Shown: positions 19,226 through 30,041 of the stretch, one piece after another
How positions within the stretch are numbered: position 1 is the stretch's first letter
Layout: every line of letters begins with the position of its first letter
Assembly: GCA_029978325.1 (NCBI GenBank)
Contig: JAPOJR010000003.1
Span: 1-57,653, forward strand
Length of the DNA: 57,653 nt
Direction: 5' to 3'
From: Alphaproteobacteria bacterium
GTDB taxonomy: Bacteria; Pseudomonadota; Alphaproteobacteria; Bin95
Made by a program: the position numbers and the translations under genes
Notes under the pieces: generated by a model
Told to the model about the DNA's origin: nothing
The model's database searches: none
What the model saw: only the letters and a program-made list of their open reading frames with translations

Positions 19226-20932
19226 TCAGGCGACCCATTCGGAAACCGGGGCAGCCGCTTCGTGCAACGGCTGGCTCAGCACATCTACCAAGGTCGGGCC
19301 GTCATGGGCTATGGCCTGCTTCAGCACAGCCGGCAGTTCCGCCGGATCGGATACGCGCCAACTTTTTACCCCGAATGCTTCCGCGACGCGGGCATGGTCG
19401 GTGCGGTTGAAATCGACGTTGTAGTAACGCTGGCCGAATCCCGCGTGCTGCCCCGCCTTAATCCACCCGAACGTACTGTTCGAAAAGACAATGCTGGTAA
19501 TCGGCATGTTGTGGCGAACGACCGTCTCGAACTCGCCGCAGCAAAAACCAAACGAGCCGTCGCCCATCAGTGCAACGGTCTTCACATCCGGGCGACCGAC
19601 ATGCGCGCCCATGGCGGCTGCAAGGGCATAGCCCAGCGCACCATGCGCCCGGTTGGTAATAAAGTGTCGACCACCTTGCCGCCAGCGGTAATGAGCCGAA
19701 ATGTACGGGCAGGGCGTACCGGGATCGGCGACAATCGTGGCGTCCGGGTCTAAGGCGCCCTGCAACGCCTGAATCACAGCCTCCGGCCGGATCGGCAAAT
19801 CAGCGGAATTGGCCAACGGCCGAAAATTGGCAAGCTTCCCCGCCCAGGCTCTGGCGGCGCGGGACGTGCCGTGTTGCCGGTTGCGCTCCGGCTGGCCGGC
19901 AACCGCGATCGCAAGGGCATCCAGCGCCAGACGCGCGTCCGCGTTAATTGCCACTGCGGTCTGGTAGTTGGCCCCGATGACCTCTGGATCGCTGTCGATA
20001 TGGATAATCGTGCGGCCTTGCGGCGGCGAGCGCCACCGTTCTGTCGTTACCGAGCCTGCCCGGCAACCGATGAACAGGATCACATCCGCCTCGTCGATCA
20101 CGGCGCGGGTCGAGGGCACGCCGCCGTTCGAGCCTACGACACCAACGGCAAGCGGATCCGTCTCGGCAATCGCGCCCTGGCCAGAGACGGTCGTCGCAAT
20201 GGGCAACTCCAACGTGCGCGCTAGACGGGCCAGAGGCGCAGACGCACCGGCGATCACCGGCCCGCCGCCACAAATGGCAACCGCGTTGGTGGCTTTTGCC
20301 AAGATGCGCGCAGCCTCGGAAATCGCGACCGGGTCCGGCGCGGCACGCTCCGCCGGAAAGCTGCGGTGTTTCGAATCCGCCCAGATCTCGGCCTCGTCCA
20401 CCGCATTTTTCTGAGTGTCGAACGGCAATGCAAGGTGCGCAGCGCCAGGGCGGCCCGTCGTCATGGCTCGGAATGCGGCGCGCACCATCGCCGGCAGGCG
20501 GGCAGCGTCATCCAGCGAGGCGTTCCACTTGGTAACCGGGCGAAAGAGAGCCACCTGGTCCAGTTCGGTCAGTGGATAGCGGCCTCGCGAGGCGGTCGAG
20601 ACATCGGTGGTAATGGCGAGGATCGGGATCGAGCTTTCGTTGGCCTCGACCACGCCTGGCAAAATATAGGTCGCGCCACCCCCGGAGGGCCCCTCACAGA
20701 CACCAGGCCTGCCCGTTACACGCGCGTATCCGTCCGCCATGTAGGCAGCATGTCGTTCGTCCCGGGTCAGGATATGCTGGATGCCATGATCAAGCCGGGC
20801 AAGCGCGTCGTAAAACGGCAGTGTGGTATCGCCGCAAAGCCCAAACATGTGGCGGACGCCATAGGCTTGCAACATGCGCACCATGGCCTCAGCGCCGGTC
20901 AGATGGTTCGGGGTCGGTGAAGGAACGGACAT
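19226..20932 (-). CDS. Thiamine-diphosphate-binding enzyme (acetolactate synthase/decarboxylase-like)
   Basis: TRDERHAAYMADGYAR, GDGSFG...N ThDP motif. Confidence 0.93.
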   Translation of the reverse strand: MSVPSPTPNHLTGAEAMVRMLQAYGVRHMFGLCGDTTLPFYDALARLDHGIQHILTRDERHAAYMADGYARVTGRPGVCEGPSGGGATYILPGVVEANESSIPILAITTDVSTASRGRYPLTELDQVALFRPVTKWNASLDDAARLPAMVRAAFRAMTTGRPGAAHLALPFDTQKNAVDEAEIWADSKHRSFPAERAAPDPVAISEAARILAKATNAVAICGGGPVIAGASAPLARLARTLELPIATTVSGQGAIAETDPLAVGVVGSNGGVPSTRAVIDEADVILFIGCRAGSVTTERWRSPPQGRTIIHIDSDPEVIGANYQTAVAINADARLALDALAIAVAGQPERNRQHGTSRAARAWAGKLANFRPLANSADLPIRPEAVIQALQGALDPDATIVADPGTPCPYISAHYRWRQGGRHFITNRAHGALGYALAAAMGAHVGRPDVKTVALMGDGSFGFCCGEFETVVRHNMPITSIVFSNSTFGWIKAGQHAGFGQRYYNVDFNRTDHARVAEAFGVKSWRVSDPAELPAVLKQAIAHDGPTLVDVLSQPLHEAAAPVSEWVA

Positions 20933-21233
20933 CGACTGCACCCTGTCGCTATAAAATTTTTATCGTCATGCATTAGCGCATGAGTCGCCATCGAGTACAG
21001 CGCGGAGACTGTGAATAATGGTCGTTGCCGCCACGGTCGGCGCGGCCCCAAACGCATCCGATTGCCCGCAGACAAATATCGGGAGCGCATCGCCAACGCT
21101 TTGGAGGCGCAGAGGCCGGAAATTAAACGGCAGGCGAAGCTTTTGGCCCGCGTGGGCGCGTGACTTTCGAACAGCTGCACCGGTATGCTGACACAGGCAG
21201 TGCCATATGGTTGGCCAATCGAAGGATTTTTCC

Positions 21234-21968
21234 ATGACTGACACCGTACTATCCGAAGACCGCGGCGCAGTGCGCCTGCTGACCTTGAACCGACCCGACA
21301 AGCTCAACGCCATTAACAGCGCGTTGAACGCCGACCTCAGCGCTGCACTTGCCGGTGCACATGCCGATGACAACGTGGCAGCGCTGGTCCTGACCGGCGC
21401 TCCGCGCGCGTTCTCTGCCGGGGCGGACATGAAAGAGGCGCAAAGCCACGCCAGCCGCGGCCATCGCGCGCGCATCCAGGCATCCGGCCATTCGACGTCG
21501 CTTTATGAGGCGATTATGGCCATCGACAAACCGGTGATCGCCGCCGTCAACGGCTATGCGCTGGGCGGAGGTTGCGCGCTGGTCATGGCCTCGGACATCG
21601 TCGTCGCCGGCGAGAATGCCGTGTTTGGCTACCCGGAGGTCAAACGCGGCCTGGCTGCAACGGCGGTTTCGCCAACCCTCGTTGCGCAGATCGGGCGCAA
21701 ATGGGCCTCGGAACTGCTACTGCTTTGCGAGAACATTTCCGCGGCGCGGGCCGCCGAAATCGGGCTGGTTAACCGGGTTGTGCCGGATGCTGACGTCATC
21801 GAAACCGCCATTGCCATGGCGCAGACCCTGGCCGGTTTCTCACACGATGCACTGTGGATGACCAAGCGGATGATCCGCCGGTCCGCCGACTTGTCGCTCG
21901 CCCAAGCGCATGGCCTCGCCCGGGACAGCATGCTGGTGATGCGTGGGTTCGAGTTGGAGCGGAACTAG
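21234..21968 (+). CDS. Enoyl-CoA hydratase/isomerase family protein
   Basis: LNRPDKLNA, FSAGADM, NGYALGGG, YPE; the first catalytic Glu position reads Ala (GGGCAL). Confidence 0.93.
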   Translation: MTDTVLSEDRGAVRLLTLNRPDKLNAINSALNADLSAALAGAHADDNVAALVLTGAPRAFSAGADMKEAQSHASRGHRARIQASGHSTSLYEAIMAIDKPVIAAVNGYALGGGCALVMASDIVVAGENAVFGYPEVKRGLAATAVSPTLVAQIGRKWASELLLLCENISAARAAEIGLVNRVVPDADVIETAIAMAQTLAGFSHDALWMTKRMIRRSADLSLAQAHGLARDSMLVMRGFELERN

Positions 21969-21992
21969 ATCGGTCAGGCCTGTGGAATAGCA

Positions 21993-23186
21993 ATGGCAAT
22001 GCGCTACGACGCCATTATCCTGGGTGCGGGCGGCGCTGGCCTGCTGGCGGCGGCTACCGCCGGCCAGGCTGGAGCGCAGGTGCTGGTCATCGACCATGCC
22101 GACAAGCCCGGCAAGAAAATCCTGATCTCCGGCGGCGGGCGCTGCAATTTCACCAACAAGGATACCCTGCCGGGCTGCTATCTCTCCGAGAACCGGCATT
22201 TCGCCAAGTCCGCGCTCAGCCGCTACACCCAATGGGATTTTCTGGCTCTGGTCGAGCGCTACGGCATCGCCTGGCACGAAAAGACGCTTGGCCAGTTGTT
22301 CTGTGACGGCTCTGCTAGGCAGATCGTGGCGATGCTGCTGGAAGAATGCCGGCGGGGCGCGGTAGACATCCGCTTGTCCACCAACATCGGCGAGATTTCC
22401 CATGCCGACGGCCGGTTCTATGTTGCCGGCGCCGAGGCGCCGCAATTGGTCATTGCTACGGGAGGCGCATCCATCCCCAAGATGGGGGCGACCGGCCGCG
22501 CCTATGCCATTGCAAAGCAGTTCGGACTGGGCGTTGTGCCGCCCCGCCCGGCGCTGGTGCCCTTCACCTTGGGAGACGAGGACAACGCCTTCCGCGCTAT
22601 CTCAGGAGTTTCCTGCCCGGCGGTCGCCCATGTCGGCAGCGTCTCCTTCGCCGAAGCTGTATTGTTTACGCATAAAGGCCTGTCTGGCCCGGCGATCCTT
22701 CAGGTCTCCTCCTACTGGCAACCGGGGCAGGAGGTTTCGCTGACCCTGATTGCCGACGCGGCAGCCAAATTGCGCGCCGCCAAGCAACGGATGCCGCGAG
22801 CCCATCTGAAAGCCGCTTTGTCAGAGCTGTTACCCAATCGGTTGGCCGAAACCCTGGCAGACCGCTTCGGCATCGAGACGGAGCTTGGCAACACCGCCGA
22901 CGCCGCGCTCGATCGCATTGCACAGACCCTGACCCACCTTCCCTTTCGCCCGACCGGCACCGAGGGCTTTGCCAAGGCCGAAGTCACGGCTGGCGGCATC
23001 AGCACCGCCGATCTCTCGTCCAAGACAATGGAGTCCCGCACAGTCCCCGGTCTTTATGCCATTGGCGAGGCGGTGGACGTGACCGGATGGCTCGGCGGCT
23101 ATAATTTCCAGTGGGCTTGGTCATCCGGCGTCGCAGCCGGGCAGGCTATCGCCGCACGGGCGGCGCTTCAGGAAAAGGCTGAGTGA
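21993..23186 (+). CDS. HI0933/YhiN (BaiN-like) flavoprotein
   Basis: GAGGAG, KILISGGGRCNFTN, LFTHKGLSGP, TAGG, WLGGYNFQWAW. Confidence 0.95.
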   Translation: MAMRYDAIILGAGGAGLLAAATAGQAGAQVLVIDHADKPGKKILISGGGRCNFTNKDTLPGCYLSENRHFAKSALSRYTQWDFLALVERYGIAWHEKTLGQLFCDGSARQIVAMLLEECRRGAVDIRLSTNIGEISHADGRFYVAGAEAPQLVIATGGASIPKMGATGRAYAIAKQFGLGVVPPRPALVPFTLGDEDNAFRAISGVSCPAVAHVGSVSFAEAVLFTHKGLSGPAILQVSSYWQPGQEVSLTLIADAAAKLRAAKQRMPRAHLKAALSELLPNRLAETLADRFGIETELGNTADAALDRIAQTLTHLPFRPTGTEGFAKAEVTAGGISTADLSSKTMESRTVPGLYAIGEAVDVTGWLGGYNFQWAWSSGVAAGQAIAARAALQEKAE

Positions 23187-23800
23187 TTGTCTGCTGCAAT
23201 CGGCTCGGTGCCTGTCTGGCCGTGCAGCGCTTTCGGCCCGAATAGCCGTACCGTCAGACGGATCATGCCGGCCACTCCGGCGGACAACAGGGTCATGGGC
23301 CCCAAAAAAATAAAGAATTTGATAAACCAGCGATGGCCGATGCCGTTGCTCTCGCCCGAACTTTCGGCCGCCAGCCACGCAAGGTAGAAGTACTTGTAGG
23401 CATAGGCGCAAAAGATCGTCAGGAACGGCAGCAACAATAACAGTCCGCCCAGCCATTCGATCCACAGCTTGGTCCGGGCGCTGAACAGCGGCCGAACCAG
23501 ATCCAGCCGCACATGCGCGTGGCGGGTATAGGCATAGCCTAGCGCGCAGAAGGTGACGATGGTGTGCAGGTGCCATTCGCCATCCTGGATCGCCGGCGAG
23601 TTAATCAGAAAGTGCCAGTTGCGCTCGACCACGAAATCCCAATTGCGGATATAGCGCCGCCCGAGCGCATCGAACACAATCAGGCCAGCCAACGCCAGCA
23701 TCAGCCATGATGAATACCGGCCAAGCCAGACAGCTGGACGCTCCATCCAGTCGGCGACGCGAAGTCCGGCAAGGGCCAGACGGTGGGATTGCGCGGCCAT
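23168..23800 (-). CDS. TRAP transporter small permease (DctQ-like)
   Basis: EWHL...LGYAY...HVRLD motif, 4 TMs. Confidence 0.88.
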   Translation of the reverse strand: MAAQSHRLALAGLRVADWMERPAVWLGRYSSWLMLALAGLIVFDALGRRYIRNWDFVVERNWHFLINSPAIQDGEWHLHTIVTFCALGYAYTRHAHVRLDLVRPLFSARTKLWIEWLGGLLLLLPFLTIFCAYAYKYFYLAWLAAESSGESNGIGHRWFIKFFIFLGPMTLLSAGVAGMIRLTVRLFGPKALHGQTGTEPIAADNHSAFS

Positions 23801-23817
23801 TCGAACCCTCCTCCTGC

Positions 23818-25221
23818 TCAGAACGGCTTGGAGTCAAACAACAGTTTCGGCAGACTCACCACCAGTCCCGGCTGCCACATCACCAAACCGACACAGGCCA
23901 TCTGCAACAGCACAAACGGGATAATGCCCGTATAGATCTGCCGCATGGTCACCCCGGCCGGCGCAACGCCTTTGATATAGAACAGCGACAGCCCCATGGG
24001 TGGCGTCAGGAACGAGGTTTGCAAGGTGATTGCCACCAGAATCGCGAACCAGTAGACGACATCGGCCTGCGCGATGTGATCGCCAAAATCCAGTGGCGCC
24101 ACGATCGGGCCAAAAATCGGCAAAGCGATCAGCAGAATCTCCAGCACGTCGAAGAAAAAGCCCATCAGAAAGATCAGGCCGATCACCAGCATAAGAATGC
24201 CCCATGCGTTCAAAGCGCCGACATTGATCAATTCCAGGATCGCCTCCTCACCGCCCAGGACACGGAAAACATAGGCGAACGAGGTCGCGCCGATGAAAAG
24301 CAGCGAGACCATGCCGATGGTCATGGATGCCCGCGTCAGACTTTCATGCAGGTTCGAAATCCGCATCCTGTTGCGCAATATCGCCAACAGCAGTGCGCCA
24401 AGGACACCGACTGCCGCCGATTCCGTCACCGTAAATATCCCGGACAGCACCGACCCCATTACCAGCACGATCAGGATCGCAGTGGGGATGATCCCCTGCG
24501 CAACCAAAACAGCCACTGTCGCCCGGGACGGCGCGGCATGCCGATATTCGGGCGGCTGGGCCTCCAGGAACTGCGGCAGGGACAGCTTGGGCGCCGCCTT
24601 CGGGTTCAGGAAGGCATAGGTTCCAATATAGAGAACATACAGCCCGGCCAGGCACAGTCCGGGATAAATCGCCGCCGCAAATAGGTAGCCATAGGAGATC
24701 TGCAACATCTCGCACAGAAAGACCAACAGGATGCTGGGCGGGATCATGATACCAAGAGTTGAGGATGCAGCTATGGTGCCCAAGGCCAGCTGTGGATGAT
24801 AGCCGGCGCGCAGCATCGGCGGCAAAGCGATCAACGTCATGACGATGACCGAAGCGCCGACTACGCCGGTGATTGCGGCGAACAACACGCTCATGATGGT
24901 GACGGACAGGGCGGTCCCGCCCGGTATCCCGCGCAGCAGCAGCCCCAGCGCCAGCAACAGGTCCTGCGCCAGGCGCGACCGCTCCAGCAACACCCCCATC
25001 AGGATCAACAGCGGCACGGCCACCAGTTGCAGGTTTTCCGCCAAAAACCAGACCCGCGGCACCAGATTGAAAAACTCGACCATCGAAAACAGGTCGAATG
25101 CCATGCCGATGCAGCCATAGAGGATGGCAACTCCGCCGAGGATGACACCGATGGAATAGCCGGTGAGCATCAGGCCCAACAGCGTCAGAAACATCAACAG
25201 CGGAAGGATATGCTCTGCCAT
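23818..25221 (-). CDS. TRAP transporter large permease (DctM-like)
   Basis: AVPLLILMG, GTIAASSTLGIMIPPS, TSFLTPPMG. Confidence 0.93.
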   Translation of the reverse strand: MAEHILPLLMFLTLLGLMLTGYSIGVILGGVAILYGCIGMAFDLFSMVEFFNLVPRVWFLAENLQLVAVPLLILMGVLLERSRLAQDLLLALGLLLRGIPGGTALSVTIMSVLFAAITGVVGASVIVMTLIALPPMLRAGYHPQLALGTIAASSTLGIMIPPSILLVFLCEMLQISYGYLFAAAIYPGLCLAGLYVLYIGTYAFLNPKAAPKLSLPQFLEAQPPEYRHAAPSRATVAVLVAQGIIPTAILIVLVMGSVLSGIFTVTESAAVGVLGALLLAILRNRMRISNLHESLTRASMTIGMVSLLFIGATSFAYVFRVLGGEEAILELINVGALNAWGILMLVIGLIFLMGFFFDVLEILLIALPIFGPIVAPLDFGDHIAQADVVYWFAILVAITLQTSFLTPPMGLSLFYIKGVAPAGVTMRQIYTGIIPFVLLQMACVGLVMWQPGLVVSLPKLLFDSKPF

Positions 25222-25256
25222 TCGGCCAGCCGGCCCTTACCGGACCCAGCCGCCGG

Positions 25257-25610
25257 TCAATGATCGCTACGGTGCAGGATAGTATCGGCCAGGCCGGTAT
25301 CGTAGCGCAGGCCTTCAGGCGACAACGCGATTGAGGTCGGAAACATCGACCGCGCCAGCCCCTTGCGCTCCAGTGCTGTCCAGACGGCACGGTTTTGCAG
25401 GCCGGTCGCGTCCTTGCTCATCACCACGGCGTCGCCGCAGTGAAAGTGATTGCCATGCGGGCTGGGCAAGTGGTGGATGACCACCTCGCCGGTTGCTTCA
25501 TCAGCAGATGCGAACATCGGCACCGTGGCCAGTTGCTGCAACACCGTAAGGGTCTTCAATTGCAGCGGGTTCAATTTCAGCGGATTTTTCTTCGGGGCCA
25601 TCGTGCTCAT
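25257..25610 (-). CDS. Hypothetical protein, His-rich, possible winged-helix end
   Basis: Natural-looking ~117-aa ORF (KKNPLKLNPLQLKTL...HGNHFH...LERKGLA...HRSDH) filling an intergenic gap. Confidence 0.7.
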   Translation of the reverse strand: MSTMAPKKNPLKLNPLQLKTLTVLQQLATVPMFASADEATGEVVIHHLPSPHGNHFHCGDAVVMSKDATGLQNRAVWTALERKGLARSMFPTSIALSPEGLRYDTGLADTILHRSDH

Positions 25611-25833
25611 CGTTCGCAGGGTATAGAGAGGGCTTGGTACAAAAGCGTCGGCCACCGGCCAGACAGACCTATTTACCACCGGTGCCGCCAATCGGGAACG
25701 GCGAACCTGGCTTCGAAGATGTCTCCGTCATCACAATCTTCACAGGCGCCTTGACTTGCACCGAACCCAACCGCCACTCTAATCCCCGAGTGAAAATCAT
25801 GCGCCTTCGCCAGAAAGCGAGTCGGTCCGAAAG

Positions 25834-26790
25834 ATGTACACCTATATCATCAGACGCATGGCGTTCGGCGCACTGACCATATTCGGCGTTTCGATCATCG
25901 TCTTCCTGATCATGCGGGTCATGCCCGGCGATCCTTTGACGGCGATATTCGGGCCGGAGGGCATGACTAAGCTGACCGAAGCCCAGCGCGACAGCTATAT
26001 GAAAGATCTTGGCCTTTCGGATCCGCTGATCCTCCAATATTTTTATTGGCTGGGCGACATCGCGACCGGCCAATTCGGCCGCTCGTTCTTTCGGGCGGAA
26101 AGCGTCGGCGAGATGGTGTTGCGGCGCGGCCCGCTGACCGCGCAGATCGCTATTCTCTCGGTCATCCTATCCTGGCTGATCGGCATCCCGGTCGCCATTG
26201 TCAGTGCCTTGCGGCCGAACAGCATAGCAGACAACCTCGTGCGGTTTCTGTCCATCATCAGCATCGCCATCCCCGGCTTCTGGCTCGGCATGCTGATCGT
26301 GTTGGCGCTGTTGTTCTGGTTCGGTTACCGCCAGCCTCTGACGGGGGCTTCGTTATTGGATGCCCCGTGGACCACCTTCCAGATGATCATCGGTCCCGCC
26401 ATCGTATTGGGGCTTGGGCAGGCCGCCTACATCGCCCGCATGGCCCGGTCCACCCTGCTCGAAGTCATTCGGGAAGACTATGTCCGCACCGCAAGGGCAA
26501 AGGGCCTGAACAGCCGCGGTGTCATCCGGTTGCACGCCTTGCCGAATGCCTTGCTTCCGGTCATCACCCTGTCGGGCATTCTGCTTGGGTTTGTATTGGC
26601 GGGTTCGATCCCGGTTGAACGCGCGTTCGGCGTTCCCGGCTTGGGCTATGCAATGTTCACCGCCGTGAACGAGCGCGACATCTTCGTGATGCAAAATCTG
26701 GTATTTCTTTATGCGATGGTGTTCGTTGCGCTGAACATCACCGTCGATATCATCATCGCCTGGCTGGACCCGAGGATCCGTTATTCATGA
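25834..26790 (+). CDS. Dpp/Opp ABC transporter permease (DppB-like)
   Basis: MPGDP, EDYVRTARAKGL, HALPNAL. Confidence 0.95.
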   Translation: MYTYIIRRMAFGALTIFGVSIIVFLIMRVMPGDPLTAIFGPEGMTKLTEAQRDSYMKDLGLSDPLILQYFYWLGDIATGQFGRSFFRAESVGEMVLRRGPLTAQIAILSVILSWLIGIPVAIVSALRPNSIADNLVRFLSIISIAIPGFWLGMLIVLALLFWFGYRQPLTGASLLDAPWTTFQMIIGPAIVLGLGQAAYIARMARSTLLEVIREDYVRTARAKGLNSRGVIRLHALPNALLPVITLSGILLGFVLAGSIPVERAFGVPGLGYAMFTAVNERDIFVMQNLVFLYAMVFVALNITVDIIIAWLDPRIRYS

Positions 26791-27704
26791 CGAGCGTTCC
26801 CAGCAACATGGCCCAGTCTCCCAGCCGCCCGGTGCCGAAACCGCCTTCGCTGGCCTTGCGGCTCTGGAAGGGCATCCGGGGGTTTTACCGTCGCTCGCCA
26901 ATGGCCGCATTCTGGGGCCTGATATCGATCGCGATCATCGTCATCGCCATAGCTGCACCGGTTATTGCCCCGATCGACCCGCTGAAGGCCGACTTCCTCG
27001 CCATGGGCAAGCCGCCGTCGGAAAAGCACCTTTTCGGCTCGGACCAGATCGGCCGCGACACGCTTAGCCGCACGATACATGGCAGCCGCACCTCGCTGAT
27101 CGTCGCCATTTCGGCGGTATTGCTGGGGACAACGCTGGGCTCGATCTGGGGCTTGGCCAGTGGCTTTCTTGGCGGACGCTTCGATATCATCAGCCAGCGA
27201 ATTATCGAGTTTTTACAGGCGTTTCCCGACTTGATATTAGCAATGGCGATCGCAATGGCGCTGGGATCGGGCACAACAACCGTAATCATAGCTATCGCCA
27301 TCACCCGAATACCATTCGGAGGCCGGGTCATACGGTCCGTCGTGCTGTCCCTGAAAGAAATGTCATTTGTTGAGGCGGCCCGCGGCCTGGGCGCCTCGAA
27401 CCTGCGGATCATGGCGCTGCACATCATGCCGCAATGCATTGCGCCCTTCCTGATTCTGGCCACAACCCATCTGGGCGTCGCCATTATCATTGAGGCGTCG
27501 CTTGGCTTCCTTGGCGTCGGCATCCCGCCACCGACGCCGACCTGGGGCAACATGCTTTCCGATGCGCTGAACTCTGGCTTGGTGCCGCCCTGGTGGCTGG
27601 TGCTGTTCCCGGGCGCTGCAATCACCATCACCGTGCTGGCGTTCAACCTGTTCGGCGATGGCATCCGCGACGCTCTCGACCCACGCCTGCGCGGCTCGCG
27701 ATAA
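26787..27704 (+). CDS. Dpp/Opp ABC transporter permease (DppC-like)
   Basis: GSDQIGRD, FVEAARGLGA, EASLGFLGVG, PTWG. Confidence 0.95.
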   Translation: MTSVPSNMAQSPSRPVPKPPSLALRLWKGIRGFYRRSPMAAFWGLISIAIIVIAIAAPVIAPIDPLKADFLAMGKPPSEKHLFGSDQIGRDTLSRTIHGSRTSLIVAISAVLLGTTLGSIWGLASGFLGGRFDIISQRIIEFLQAFPDLILAMAIAMALGSGTTTVIIAIAITRIPFGGRVIRSVVLSLKEMSFVEAARGLGASNLRIMALHIMPQCIAPFLILATTHLGVAIIIEASLGFLGVGIPPPTPTWGNMLSDALNSGLVPPWWLVLFPGAAITITVLAFNLFGDGIRDALDPRLRGSR

Positions 27705-27766
27705 CTCAGGTCCCGATCCGGTTGGTTCGGGAAGCGGTTCGGTACGAGCGCCCGTCAGGCGCGGCG

Positions 27767-28810
27767 TCACGTTCCTGCAGGCTTTGCCAATGGGAAAGTC
27801 ACGCCGCCGTCATGCAGATGGCACGCGGTCAGGTGGCCGGGCACAACCTCCCGCAGGGGCGGCGATTCCGTGCGGCAGCGCGCCATGGCGTAGGGGCAGC
27901 GTGCATGAAAGTGACAGCCGGAGGGTGGGTTGATCGGGCTCGGCACATCGCCCTGCAGGATCATGCGCTGGCGCGTGCGTGCTTTGGCATCCGGGATCGG
28001 CACGGCGGACAACAGGGCTTCGGTGTACGGATGCAGCGGCATGTCGAACAGGCTGGCCTTATCGGTCGCCTCGACGATACGCCCAAGATACATCACTGCA
28101 ACCTTGTGACTGATATGCTCGACCACCGCTAAATCGTGGCTGATGAACAGGTAGGACAGCTGGAACTCGTCCTGAAGGTCCATCAGCAAATTGATGATCT
28201 GCGCCTGGATCGAGACGTCCAGCGCCGAAACCGGCTCGTCGCAGACCATCAATTCGGGATTGACCGCCAACGCCCGGGCGATACCGATGCGCTGACGCTG
28301 ACCGCCGGAGAATTCGTGCGCATAGGCATACATACGCTCGGGCCGCAGGCCGACCTTCTCAAACAACCAGGCCACCCGTTCCTGTTGCTCGGCCTTCGAC
28401 CCGACATTGTGGATCACCAGGGGCTCGCGCACCACAGCGCCGGCCTGCATCCGCGGGTTCAACGAAGCGTATGGGTCTTGAAAGATCATCTGCATTTCGC
28501 GGCGGTAGGGCAGCATGTCCTTCGGACTGAGGTCGGTAATGTCCGAGCCCTTGACCCTGATCGAACCGCCGGTTGGCTCCAGCAGCTTTAAAACGGTCCG
28601 CCCGACGGTGGACTTGCCGCATCCGGATTCGCCCACCAGGCCCAAAGTCTCGCCCCGGCCGATGGTGAACGAGACGCCATCGACCGCATGCACCTGCCCG
28701 ACAACGCGGGCAAATACGCCCTTCGTCACCGGAAAATGCTTCTTAAGGCCGGTCACTTCGAGGAGCGGTTGCCCGCCTGCATCGCCGGTTGCGGTGTTGG
28801 CGTCAGTCAT
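27767..28810 (-). CDS. Dpp/Opp ABC ATPase (DppF-like)
   Basis: [26 protein letters not shown]-terminal Cys cluster. Confidence 0.95.
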   Translation of the reverse strand: MTDANTATGDAGGQPLLEVTGLKKHFPVTKGVFARVVGQVHAVDGVSFTIGRGETLGLVGESGCGKSTVGRTVLKLLEPTGGSIRVKGSDITDLSPKDMLPYRREMQMIFQDPYASLNPRMQAGAVVREPLVIHNVGSKAEQQERVAWLFEKVGLRPERMYAYAHEFSGGQRQRIGIARALAVNPELMVCDEPVSALDVSIQAQIINLLMDLQDEFQLSYLFISHDLAVVEHISHKVAVMYLGRIVEATDKASLFDMPLHPYTEALLSAVPIPDAKARTRQRMILQGDVPSPINPPSGCHFHARCPYAMARCRTESPPLREVVPGHLTACHLHDGGVTFPLAKPAGT

Positions 28811-29849
28811 GGGCGTCATCCAGGCTATCGGCGTTCCAGCAAGCTATCCAATGATCCGGCCGCTTTTCTTCCAGCGGCGGATAGGCGGCATGGCATTGGT
28901 CGCTGGCGAACTTGCACCGCGGCGCGAATGCGCAGCCGGCGGGCAACGCCGTCAGCGACGGGACCATCCCGGTAATTTCGTTCAGCCGCGGCCGATGGCC
29001 CTCGGCGTGCACAACCTCATCCAATTTGGGGATCGACCCCAGCAGGCCGCGCGTATAGGGATGGCTCGGTCGGTTGAAGAGGTTTTCGACCGACGCCTCT
29101 TCGACCTTGCGGCCGGCATACATGACAACCACCCGGTCGGCATTTTCAGCCACCACGCCCATGTCGTGGGTAATCAACACAATCGCCGTGCCAGTCTTGG
29201 CCTGAAGATCGCGCATCAGGTCCAGGATCTGCGCCTGGATCGTTACGTCCAGCGCTGTGGTCGGTTCATCGGCAATCAGGATTTTCGGGTTGCAGCACAG
29301 CGCCATGGCAATCATCACCCGCTGGCGCATACCGCCGGACAACTGATGCGGATAGGCATTCACCCGGCTTTCCGGCTCTGGGATGGAAACCTGGCGCAGC
29401 ATGTCAATCGCCACAGCGTGCGCCTCACGCTTCGAAAGACCGCGGTGCAGGACCAGCGCCTCGCTGATTTGCCGCCCGACGCGGTACAGCGGGTTCAACG
29501 CAGTCATCGGCTCCTGAAAGATCATCGAAATATCGTTGCCGCGGACCCGTTCCATCGCGTCTTCGGACAAGTCCAACAGATTGGTGCCCTCGAACTCGAT
29601 GCGGCCGCCGACTATGCGTCCGGGCGGATCTGGGATCAGACGCAAGATCGAGAGCGCCGTAACGCTCTTACCGCATCCGGACTCGCCGACCACCCCCAAG
29701 GTTTCGCCCTCGCGCACCGTATAGGATAGCCCGTCAACCGCCTTAACGACCCCGTCGGGCGAGCGGAAATGGGTTTGCAGGTCGCGAATTTCCAGAACGA
29801 CCTTGTCCGACCGCTCCCTGCGCCTCCCTGTTGCAGGGTTCGTTTGCAC
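28803..29849 (-). CDS. Dpp/Opp ABC ATPase (DppD-like); start uncertain
   Basis: [25 protein letters not shown]. Confidence 0.93.
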   Translation of the reverse strand: MQTNPATGRRRERSDKVVLEIRDLQTHFRSPDGVVKAVDGLSYTVREGETLGVVGESGCGKSVTALSILRLIPDPPGRIVGGRIEFEGTNLLDLSEDAMERVRGNDISMIFQEPMTALNPLYRVGRQISEALVLHRGLSKREAHAVAIDMLRQVSIPEPESRVNAYPHQLSGGMRQRVMIAMALCCNPKILIADEPTTALDVTIQAQILDLMRDLQAKTGTAIVLITHDMGVVAENADRVVVMYAGRKVEEASVENLFNRPSHPYTRGLLGSIPKLDEVVHAEGHRPRLNEITGMVPSLTALPAGCAFAPRCKFASDQCHAAYPPLEEKRPDHWIACWNADSLDDAHD

Positions 29850-30041
29850 CGCCTGATTCACCGCTTGCACTCCATCCAGCCGGATCCAGAACCCGTCCGT
29901 AAACAATGACGTCCACCATCAGAGCACAAGATTGTGGCACTGCAAAGCGCGATTGGCCCTTTATATTCTTCGATAGACTCACTTTGAGCGCTCTACTAAG
30001 CTTTCATTGTAACCAAGCCCGCAAACGGAGGAATACGCCAA

